Part shown: positions 36,570 through 47,330 of the stretch, piece by piece | Layout of the letters: every line of letters begins with the position of its first letter | How positions within the stretch are numbered: position 1 is the stretch's first letter | NCBI GenBank assembly: GCA_023515725.1 | Contig: JALDTO010000215.1 | Span: 647,901-711,900, forward strand | Direction: 5' to 3' | Length of the DNA stretch: 64,000 bases | DNA from: Amoeboaphelidium protococcarum X5 | Taxonomy: Eukaryota > Fungi > Aphelidiomycota | The notes under the pieces: model-generated | Told to the model about the DNA's origin: nothing | The model's input: only the letters and a program-made list of their open reading frames with translations | Databases searched by the model: none | Translations under genes and position numbers: made by a program

Positions 36570-39541
36570 ATGATGAGTTCCAACCATTTGTGGTGGAGAG
36601 TTGTTGTCATATTGACTTTAGCTGTGTGGTAGCATGTTCTATGTAATTACATTCCTCCATTGTTTAAAGTGCAATAAACTGAGTATGAATATACATTCCA
36701 ACGCCCTGATACAGAAGTGCTGACTGTTCATTTGGTTGCTCACAGTCATCAAGATGTTGGTTGGCTGAGAACTAAAGATTAGTATTATGAAGAACGCGTG
36801 AAACATATATACAATAACGTACTGGATTGCCTGATTGAATCCTATGAATCTAACTCAGGCATTGATGAGCTCAGCAAGAGGGCCCACCCACTGAGAAAGT
36901 TCATCATTGTGGAGCAGGCGTTCTTCCAGCGTTGGTTCAAAGAGGTTTCGCGTGAGAAACAAGATTGGGTGAAACGGTTTCTGCGAGAAGAGATCCTTGA
37001 GTTCGTGAATGGTGGTTGGGTAATGCATGATGAAGGATGTACTACAGGTAATGCTGTAATTGATCAGATGGTGCTGGGGTAGTAGGAGATATATCGAATG
37101 TTTCCTGACATGTATGAGTAAGTACGACCATTGGTGGCGTTTCAGATCGATCCTTTTGGACATTCGGCTTTTACTCCTGTTGTGACACAGCGTCTTGGCC
37201 TGAAAGCTTTGATAACTAATCGTATCCATGTTGGGGTCAGAGAATAGTTGAAAGAGAGTGGTTAGTTGGAATTCTTATGGGCTCCTGTTGGGACGCGTCA
37301 AGTTGAGGTTCTTACTCACAACTTGGACAACCATTACAATTCACCTCAAGGATTTGATTTTGAACGAGATTCTCCGCCCATTGAAGATGAGGATACGCTG
37401 CGTCATTACGCTGATTAGCTCGTTAGACATCTACGCTAAAGATCCCTGTATTATCCTTCTAGTAGGAACTTTTTACAGTTGGTTGGTGATGATTTTGAGT
37501 TCCTGAATGCAAAGGTGCAGTTTGAGAATTGGGATAAGCTGATCACGTATATTAACGACAACTATCAAGATATCTAGCTTAAATGGAGTATATTGCGTGA
37601 ATACTTTGAGGCTGTTGCAGCTGAATAGCTTACTCATACGCGCTATCAAGGTGACTTTTTCCCATACGCGGATAATGAGTTGTCATATTGGAGCGGTTAC
37701 TTCACCTCAAAGCCTGTATTGAAACGATCAGTTTAAGAGGCTGAGCTTAGATTTAAATCTGCTTAAATCTTATAATTGTAAGGAACTATTCGTGGACGGG
37801 ATCTAGATAAGAAGGCTCTATTGCAGTTCAGATAGTCTATTGCTGAGGTTTAGCACCATGATGGTATCACTGGAACTGCCAAAGACTTTGTTTCATACTC
37901 GTACATTACTGCTCTTATTTAGTATTGGCAACGACTTGCTCAAGACATTAAGAAGACTCTATTTGAAGAAGGTATTTCAAGCGCTAAAGATACTGAAGTC
38001 CCACTGGTTGTTTTTAATCCATCTGAAATTGCAAGTTCTGCTGTAGCTGTGGTTGAGATTCAGCATTGCCCCAAGGCTCATGTCAAAGATGGAACTAAGA
38101 ATGAAGTGACTGCATAAGAGCTGGGAGATGGTGTTAAAAACGTAATAAGTAGAAAATAAATAATAACCAATTATTGTTATTTCTACTTCACTTGAAGAAG
38201 TAGTTTGATCATTTTTCACTGACGTTGTACGTGTTTCGTCACAACCTAACAGATGGACTGGTTGCTTTTCATGCACAGGTCGCGCCATTTAGTACTCAAT
38301 AGTATTATGTGGATTGTGGCGGTCGTGAACTGATGCAGCTACCTAGTTATCATAGCTCTTACTGGAAGGAGATTGCTTTTAGTTCCAACAATGCGATTAT
38401 TGAGAATGAATACTTGAAGGTCCAGTTGGTTTTACAAGACTAAAGATTGGCTCTGAAGGTTGATGATTTATCCGCCAGACGTTAATTTGAAGTTGAACTT
38501 TTCCTTCATAGTTATGAAAGCTATCACGGTGAAGGATAAAAGGCAGGTGCGTACATTAGTAGAGTGATTGGGTAGTCTCGTTAGCTGCTTAATTAGTACA
38601 CTTCAGTGTATATCAGAAAAGGACCTCTTTTCCAGCAACTAAAGATAAAGTACTCTAATTCAGCTTCTTAAATACTGACATTGTACAGTGTAGTGAATGA
38701 ATCCAAGCGTTAAGTGTTGGAGGTGAAGAACGTGGTGGGACCGCTCAATTAGGATCAAGAATTGGTGTCTCGCATCAAGATTAGTGACAGCTCTGACTGC
38801 TCTTTGGAAACTTTGGATTAGGGATCTATCTTGGTGGATCGTAAGTTGAATGTGCATCATTTGGAGGCTAATATGGTGCCTTTTGTTGGCGCGGCAACTT
38901 TCAAGTGTCAACAATCTGATGGAACGAAAGCATTGAGATCGTTCATCTTCAATGACCGATCAATGGCTATTGGGCACACTGAAAGCAATGCGGTCGAAAT
39001 TTTACTTCACCGCCGTACGTCTCAAGATGATGCAAGAGGCGTTGATGAACCTCTGGATGACATTACGCAAGTGGATCCAACTCTGTATATCAAGTTTACC
39101 GAAGTTGATAGCGATACTGATCGGGATGCTTTAACATCCCAAATGCTATCTATGAGAGACATGCTTGCTAATAGTGATCTGATTGTATTCCACAATGTAA
39201 GTTTACCTCCTAGTGATTAAGTGAACTGGATCAATTAAGAGCAATTGCCGGTGAATAGTGACTGTGGAGTTCGTTTGCTGAACAGTGAATTGAAATCACG
39301 CTCTTAAAGTTCATTGACTCTTTTGCTGAGAGTGTAGTAGGTGCAGATTGATATTTGTGATGAAAGAGACATTGCCAAGCGTTATATTAATTTGCTATAT
39401 CGCGGTAAAAATGTTAAAGTAACGTCTGTATCGCGTGTCGCAATGTCTGGCATTGATACTTCAGGTGTTAATGATGATGAACCTCCACTAAGATTTGTAG
39501 GTGATGTCATTACTTTGCAAGCTGTAATTGCAATTGCGTGA
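36570..39541 (+). CDS. GH38 alpha-mannosidase with signal sequence (lysosomal MAN2B-type); intron about 38142-38203
   Basis: VHLVAHSHQDVGWL, LEFVNGGWVMHDE, AFQIDPFGHS, DFFPYAD, YWSGYFTS, [TAG=Q]HHDGITGT, EILLHRR..DDARGVDEPL. The frame change requires the intron. Confidence 0.92.
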
Positions 39542-39716
39542 GTCTTTAAGTCCGGATCCTGTATAAGCAATAGCTTGTTAAAACCATTTGAGTGAATAAT
39601 GTTGAATTAGGTTTGCATTCTATCAAGTCTTTCTTTTATCACCTCTTTTGTGATCGAGATTATTAGCTTAGAGATTAAAGCAAAGATTATTATCAATATA
39701 AAACGCACCACTGACC

Positions 39717-40688
39717 ATGTTAAAGAAGATTAGAATGATTAAAGTGAATCCGCGCATAGATTCTATTGAAGAACTGTGGTATAAGAGGTGCGTGAATAAT
39801 ACGTTCATCAACAAAGAGTCCAACATCAAGATCAGCATCTTGGGAACCATCGCCGCCAGTCCCTATTCAATGCATCATCAATTGAGCGCGTTAGATCTCT
39901 TATCTAGTGACAGCAATTATAAATTTATCTTTGCTCCATATGCTACCGATTAATAGTAGACAGACTATAAAGAATCATGAAATAGCGTGTATCAAGAGCT
40001 TATAAAGGATGGAAGAATATTCGATTGGCAATCTGTTAAAAAGCTTTGTCTCCATAAAGCTGACAAGATTGAGTCGATGCGCGTCAATACTCTTACCTTG
40101 AGTCCTATGCTGGTACTTGGCATTCTATACTTGTCATAGTTGGCAGTTGCAGATTATTATGATTAGCATTAATAGGCCGGCAAGTCGCGATCATTGGAAG
40201 TACTTCCGATTAAACCGTAAAATCACACTTAGCGATACAAGGTGCCTTCCGCTCTTCAAATGCTTGATAACGCCACATCAATTATAGTTGAGCGGAAGTT
40301 GAAAGCTCAATCTCTGGATTTTATGCCGTAATCGCGGAGTATTGCTCACTATATGCTTTAACGGTAGAAACCACAGCGATTAATGTTGCCTTCTGCAGAT
40401 CGGTCGCATTAGAGCTTATAGTAGATTGTATAAATGTTGGAGGCAAAGACTATATCAGTAGCTCCGGATGAACTGTAATAGTACATTGCGATAGTTGAGC
40501 GATGGAAGTTGGGTGAGCGAACGTATAAACTTCATTTACCTGCTCAAGATGTCTTCAATGCTATCTCGAGGTGTGCTGATTCTCAAATTTTAGTAACCGT
40601 TCCCAGAGCTATTTCTCTGATCCTTGAGAGGCTCCTCCTGGCGACAGGTTAGTTTTAAATTGAGAGGCGGCCTAGTTAAACACAATGA
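39717..40688 (+). CDS. 324-codon ORF with one internal in-frame TGA (39978-39980); gene, pseudogene or recoding unresolved
   Basis: The same frame is open from ATG 39717 to TGA 40686 except at codon 88 and fills the gap between neighbours. Faint resemblance to TraB/TRABD motifs (ISILGT..SPYS; ILVTV). Confidence 0.5.
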
Positions 40689-40775
40689 CACGTTGTTAGT
40701 AAAATTGATGAAATGAAATTCAAGTATATACTGTATCTATTTTATATTGTGATTGTATTGTTGACGTTCCATCAA

Positions 40776-42611
40776 TCAATCATCTTCAACATCCGCACTT
40801 GAATTCGCGTATTACTTTTACCTATCTTTAGTTGCGCGCTTCTTTTACAGCTTAAAGTCTTTTCTAAAGTACTTTCTACACTTGAGCCATTCTGAAGTTA
40901 CTTGCGCTCGAGACAACTTTTCACAAGACATTTCCATCGCCATTTATTCCATAATGTCCATGACGTTCAATGTCTTTTATACTTCGGGTTCACGAGCATG
41001 CTAGAGAGCCTGTTCTTACGCTGCAGCTAGAATGTTATCATCTCTGACATTGTTAATCAGTTCACTTATGTCAAAACTTTAAGACGATCCAGCTAAATTT
41101 AAAGACAAATCTAAATCATCGTCTGCCACTTAATCGCCATCTGCTGTACCATTGCACACTGGAGTAGTTTCTTCAAATAGCATGAAGGACTCTTGAGGCT
41201 GTTGTGAGGCGGAAACCTTGCCACGCTAAAATAAACTATACATAGATGCTAGATCAACTTCATAAGTTCCGCCCTTTATAATTACTGGCTCTTTCACTGC
41301 TGCAGAACTATCATAATCGATGAGAGGCTCTTCAGCATTAACCTCTTTAACGATTACAAGGTCTTACTGAGATGACTCTTCCTCTTATTAAGTACTGCAA
41401 AGAGGATCAACTCCATCTACGCTCTTCAATTAAACAATGCTCTTCTGTTCATCTGTGGCAGGAGCTTTCTAAACAGAAGATCTACGTGGGGAGATGAACT
41501 GATCAGGATCAAATCTAGACACTGGTTTGATAATAATCCTATTACGAGTGGGCTCTTCTTCATACATATTCTATTACTATTATTGATCCTCCATAAAATC
41601 CTCTGCATTGTCAGCTATCATACTAGCCAAAATATTCTTCATCATATCCTTATCCTGGTCCATTTCTTATCGCGTCTCTTGACTGACTTCAACCACTTCA
41701 GCCTCAGCTTTCAGCAGATTAGGTGGACTCCTCTAAGCTAGAGCATACAGATCAATCTTTCGCTTAAAAGGTTCCTCTACCTAATTCTATTCATCATTTT
41801 GCACCAACTCGGTAATATCCTGTTCATGTAATGACGCGTTATCTGTCAAAGATCCATCCTCTAAATCACTATCCACTTGCATATTATCAGACAATGCATT
41901 TTCAAGGCTGTTGATCTAATCAATTATCGACTAACCGCTACAATCTACTACTATATCATACGATATGTCCATCTATTTCTAAGGAGGTATTGCCTTATTA
42001 GTGCTCTTTGGATTTCCATCAACTTTACTCTACCTTACACTGTTTGTGTTAGCAGACTTCTCAAACGCGTCATTATTAGACTTAACGATATGGTCTTATT
42101 CAATATAGTCTTGAGAATCATCAAAGTACAAGTGTTACTTTGCGTGTTTACCACCGGTAAAGTCTATAATCTTAATCTTCGGGCCAACTCTCATTCTATA
42201 ACTTCGCACCACGCGACCATCTTTAAGCTTCTTCCAATACTTTTACTGTGAGAGATCATCGTTAGGAAGATCAAAGCTCTCCACAGCCATATGCCAAATT
42301 CGCTTACTTGGTCCCAGCGTATCCTGATCAGCTTCAGCAGCTTCCCGCTCTTATTAAAGCCTCTCCAAATGATGACATTTCGCTGGCTCCACCTAAATCA
42401 AGTTACCTGCCCATTTGACATTATTATTCCAAAGCTTCATGAACCGCTTCATATCTTGCTCTGTATTAGCAAATTCAATCTCAACATATGCGAATCCTCT
42501 GTCCTGAAGGCAGTGCAAATCCACATCTGTCACGGTGCCAAAAGATTTAAATTTATTCTTTATATCCTCATCGCTGATATTCGCTGGCAATCCTTTGATA
42601 TGGAATCTCAT
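40776..42611 (-). CDS. Nucleolar RRM protein NOL8/Nop8-like
   Basis: N-terminal RRM (RFHIKGL..RGFAYVE..KWAGNLIQVEPAK), acidic middle, basic C-terminus (W..RKDFKLQKKRA); 612 codons. Confidence 0.78.
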
Positions 42612-42745
42612 AATTTATGATTATAATATTGTCTATATTGTACGTATTTAATGATAAAAAATCAAATCTAAAACTTTCGATCACTTTTCCACTCAATCAA
42701 AGGTGGATTGTTCAAAGTGACTAAGATCGCGACGAATTTGATACT

Positions 42746-43360
42746 ATGAGCATCTAATAGGTTGTAGATGAACACGTTAATATCATCGGAATTTAGCCAA
42801 ATGATCCTGAATTTATATCTCAATTCAAGAAGGCTCTTTGTGTGAGATGGAATGTTTTCGTTGTAGAGTAGCGTGTAAATCCTGAAAATGAAGTGGATCA
42901 CATTGATTTCAACATGGGCGATAAAGATTTCCATTAGTATATTAAACCAAAGATTAAGCAATATGGCAACGGTTACTAAATTGATAACGACTATAAAATA
43001 AAATCGCTGATATAAAGCAAGTAGAGCAGTTATCAGACAGTACATTTGATAGCTTATTATGATCAAGATTAAGTGGATCCAATGGGAACATTAAGAATAT
43101 TCTTGAAAGATAATCACGTTCTCATTGGGAGGATGGCCGTGATAAAAGAGGCAAGAGGTCGTTGTATTGGCCGAAAATTGATGGATAAAGCTGTGTAACT
43201 TATCCGGAGACAGTTTAGTCATCAGGCATCCAAGATTATGCTTCATGCTCAGTCAGATAAGCAGTTATTTTATGAGCGATGCGGGTTCACGCGTGATTAG
43301 TCAGTAGAGCCTTTTAAAGAAGAGGGCATCATGCATGTTCTCATGTACGTGGTTATTTGA
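42746..43360 (+). CDS. GNAT acetyltransferase, ElaA/YjcF-like
   Basis: RWNVFVVE[TAG=Q], GTLRI, IGRMAV..ARGRCIGRKLM, LHAQ, FYERCGF, PFKEEGIMHVLM. Confidence 0.9.
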
Positions 43361-43394
43361 GATATTCAACATAACTACTATTAATATACACAGT

Positions 43395-44114
43395 TCAGAA
43401 CTCTTCCAATGCTACGGCTGTCTTTTTACTTGCTATTTCCTTAGCACTTTCTTTTCTACTATCTATAGACTATTTAGTATCATCAATAGAAGTATCAACA
43501 GCGGTAGTAGCAGGGAGTGAATTTGATGGAACATTTGGTAAATTCAGAGACTATTCAGCTTCAGCCCTTTCCAAGTCTTCAAGTTCTCTGAGTAAATCTT
43601 CCTCTGATAGAACATCACCACCAGCCATTTCCCGGAATGCCTGATCGACATCCTCAAGGCCCTCCATGGCATCCATCTATGCATTCTCAACCTATTATAA
43701 TCCCTTCTATAAAGTCCTGTTTAATATTTCCAACATTTTAGCACCATCTTTGAGGCCATCCATGACTTTAGCCTCCACCATTTTATACTCCAAAGTGTCC
43801 ATCATTTGCTAAAGATTGAGAAGGTGCTGATCTGATTTCTATAACATTGCCTACTGCATCTTGACCTTCTTTAGAATGAACAGGGCCATCATACGAGTTC
43901 GCTCCCGTTGCACCTCATCTACTTTAATATTGCTATTATTATTATCCGCTGATCGCTGCGACATTAATTGCCTTACATGTTAGTTCTCCGTCTCCAACAG
44001 CTTCTCCATCTTCTTCTAATACTGCCGCAACTTGTCTCGCTGAATCTTTAGCTACAGCAGAGCTTTATCCTGCTCCGATGGCTTCTTTCCCCTTTAGCTC
44101 AATAAGTTTCCCAT
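43395..44114 (-). CDS. VPS20: ESCRT-III subunit Vps20/CHMP6
   Basis: Myristoylation-type MGNLLS, SEQDKALLQLKIQRDKLRQYQKK, LPNVPS. Confidence 0.93.
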
Positions 44115-44366
44115 TGCATAAAAAATATTATGGATTGATCTTTCCACGCTTAGAGTGAATTCGCTATGTTTTATATGCCAAAATCTTCGCCTCTTGTTCT
44201 GATCTGAATGAAACGCACAGAAACTTGAGGACACGACAATGTCTCCATCACTTCACAATCCTCATTGTAAGTGCCTGTGTCACGGCATCACTGTTGATGC
44301 GCGCGATCTGAAACGGATCTGATTTTATTCTTAGCGCGTAAACCTGGTACTGTAATCGTGTATTAA

Positions 44367-45662
44367 ATGATATCAGAGCAGCTGCCATTACCAGTACGCG
44401 TCTAATAAAGTTATCGTCTTTCTATTTTAGAGTCAGATGTTAGTTCTTTAGATGGCCTGGAAATACAGGATCTTGACGCCGAGTGTCACGGTTCTGTTGA
44501 AGATCTTTTGACTGAGAGGAAACAAGTACTGGAGAGCAACATCGTCAGTGGAAGATTCGCGATATAGTCCGGATATTATATAGCTGTTGATGGCCAATAA
44601 TGTGACTTGATATATTCGCCTTTTGCATCCAAGTTGACTCATGATAATTTTCATCCTGGTGTATATAGATCCGTACAGAATATGAATAGCACTGGCGCCG
44701 ACAGTATTGACTGCCTAGCGGATTATTTAGGCGTGCAAAACATATGGCGTCTCATGTATGAAACAGCAATTAATGACACTTTGGTTATCTAGGCATTGTA
44801 GTCTTTATAAAGACCTAATCAACAGGAATCGATAGTGGCGTTGAAATTGTTCCGGTTAGTTTCAACAATTGCCACAGGTATGTCTGTTTAGGTTGAAGTT
44901 GATGACTAGAACAAGGTGGTGGTTGGCGGCTTTATGTCTCAATCAAATTATGATTATGCCAGTAGATGCGACATGAGCATTTCTGATGATGAGTCCGGCT
45001 AGCTGTTGTTTTGCACAGAAATTTAAAGCAGTTTATCTTATGCTGAGGGGCGTCCATGGTATGAAAAGAGTCGACTTGCTTAAGTGTTCGCGGCTCTGTA
45101 CGCGTTTAATGCCCCGTTAATTCTTTTGACATCTACACCTTTCAAGGTATTCTGCGAGAACTCTACCAGAGATCGTGTTTTAACCTATCCGTTCGATACA
45201 GCTGCGCCTAATGTGAATGCGGCATCGAGTTTGGCGCACCCTGTTGGCCGTGAATTAGTCAAGACAATTGTAATTTGCCTTTGTCAATAGTTGGTGGCAC
45301 CTATTGAAAAAGCTTCATCTCAAAGAAGTGTCGTCGATGTACTAAAGACTCCATTGCGAGCTGCAGTTAGACTCATTGATAGTATTAGCAAGTCAAAAGA
45401 GCGAAAGGCAGATGATGAAAGTAGTCGCGTATCGCGACATGTTTAGTCTTAGAATAAGGTGCAGCCAAAATTCTAAACAGGATTAAATCCTGATGGAACA
45501 CCCTCATATCAAACAATTCGAGTGCTTTCACCGGAGCAAGTTTATAATTTGGACATCCCGGACGATAATGATGAGTCGCTTCCTGAGCATGATGACTAGT
45601 CCTCAGTTCTGGCTTTCGAGAGCTCCTTGTCTCCTTAATCTCCCTTTGAATTAAAAGAATGA
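44367..45662 (+). CDS. Uncharacterised protein with a PD-(D/E)xK-like segment
   Basis: 432-codon frame joining track ORFs 44607 and 45084; SRCDMSI..LLFCTEIQS..WY..SRLAQV. Confidence 0.7.
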
Positions 45663-46097
45663 ATTGACTTGTATATAAAGTATTTCTTCAATAAGTTTTA
45701 ATATGCATTTAATGTTTGATTTTCATACAGTTGAATGTTTCAAAGTGTCAAGTAACAAAGACACAACTCTAAATGACCATGATTGAGTCCGCTCCATGGA
45801 CAACCTTTCGAATAATCTAATTATACCTTCTCATGTTGTATTATTGCTTCTGTTTGTGATGTAAAGGCATAGAACTGAGATGACGCAAATCTACATTAGC
45901 AACAGGAATCGACCAGTTATTGAGATCTCCATGGTTTCCACACGGACTGTGTTTAAATATAGATTAGCCGCCTATAGTAACAGCACGCCAACGCACAACT
46001 TCTGTCCACAACATCATCATTTCAATTCTATTTTCTCAAAATAGCTGCAACTTACTTCTATTACAGGATACACCTTTAGTAGATATTATAATTGAAT

Positions 46098-47162
46098 ATG
46101 GGGCGCAAAAAGTTGAAGATAAGTCCAATTGAAAATGACAGAGCACGTTAGGTATGATCATCATTGTTTTCACGCTATCAACATGTAACAAGTATTAACA
46201 AAATGATTATATCATATTGCGTGTAGATGACTTTTAATAAAAGAAAGAATGGCTTAATCAAGAAAGCGCATGAACTGGCTGTTCTGTGTGGCATTGAATT
46301 GGCTCTGATAGTGATAACTCCTCAGAACAAGCTCATTCAGTATAGCAGCGGAGAGATGGATCACGCTCTGTTGCGTTATACTGACAGCGGTGAACCTGTT
46401 GAGAGTCGAGACAACCAAGATTTTGCATAAATGAAGATCGATGTGGACAGCGATGGAGAAGAGTATGGTGCCGATGAGAGTAGTCCAGTCAGGATCTCTG
46501 TTGATAGAGCTGAATTTCAACAGCCGGCGGGTGACGTGGTCAAGAGTCCTATGGCAGTGAGTGGTCCAAGGTCAGCTAGAAGCTTTGGCAGAGGTAACAA
46601 TGGAAACCTGAGAATTGATACCTCTCAGAGAACATCTCCACAGTCTTCTCAATTCAATAGTCCATTCGGAGGCACTGGAGCGGTCAATGTTGTTGGCAAT
46701 TAATCTATGCTACCATCTCCCAATGCTCTGTTTTAAGATTATAATGCTTTCCATGCGACTAATACAACTGCTCCTGCTTCATACCAGATGCAACCATATC
46801 CGCTGCAAATCGGCCGTCCATAACAGTATCCTTTCTAGCAACAGTAGTAGCAATAATAGTGGAACCAATTCATGTACGTGTAGCCACAGATGGTTGCCCC
46901 TTATAGTCCTTTTAGTCCATCTGCTGCTGGTGCACTCGCCCAGTAATAATAAAATTACCCGACTCTTTAATAACGTCAACAGACTGCCAATGTAGCTGCA
47001 GCGCAATCCCACCAAAAAGGATTGCACAAAAGACATAATTCAACTTCTGTAGAGTCATTGGTTGAGTTGACCACTGCAAGTATGAATGAATAATTGACCC
47101 AATCTCCATAGAGCACTACTGGCGCGAGAACTGTAAAAAAGTCCACCAAGGCTGCAATGTGA
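46098..47162 (+). CDS. MEF2: MEF2-type MADS-box transcription factor (Rlm1-like); intron 46152-46226
   Basis: MGRKKLKISPIENDRAR[TAG=Q]/MTFNKRKNGLIKKAHELAVLC..KLIQYSS; Q/P-rich C-terminus. Confidence 0.93.
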
Positions 47163-47170
47163 TGGATGCC

Positions 47171-47194
47171 CTGTACTGTACTGTACTGTACTGT
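47171..47194. repeat. (CTGTA)4+ tandem repeat just after the MEF2 stop
   Basis: Directly visible. Confidence 0.9.
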
Positions 47195-47330
47195 GATTTG
47201 CTTGATTTATCGATTCGTATATAGAAATAATATATTTGACGCGGACTTTATAGATTGTATGTATTCTTTCATGATTTGTTCATAATAAGCTCTCAAACTA
47301 CGTGGTATACAATTACGCTTTTTTAAATGA

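Noticed and set aside
42668-43066. 132-aa hydrophobic minus-strand ORF
   Set aside because: Antisense to the GNAT gene.
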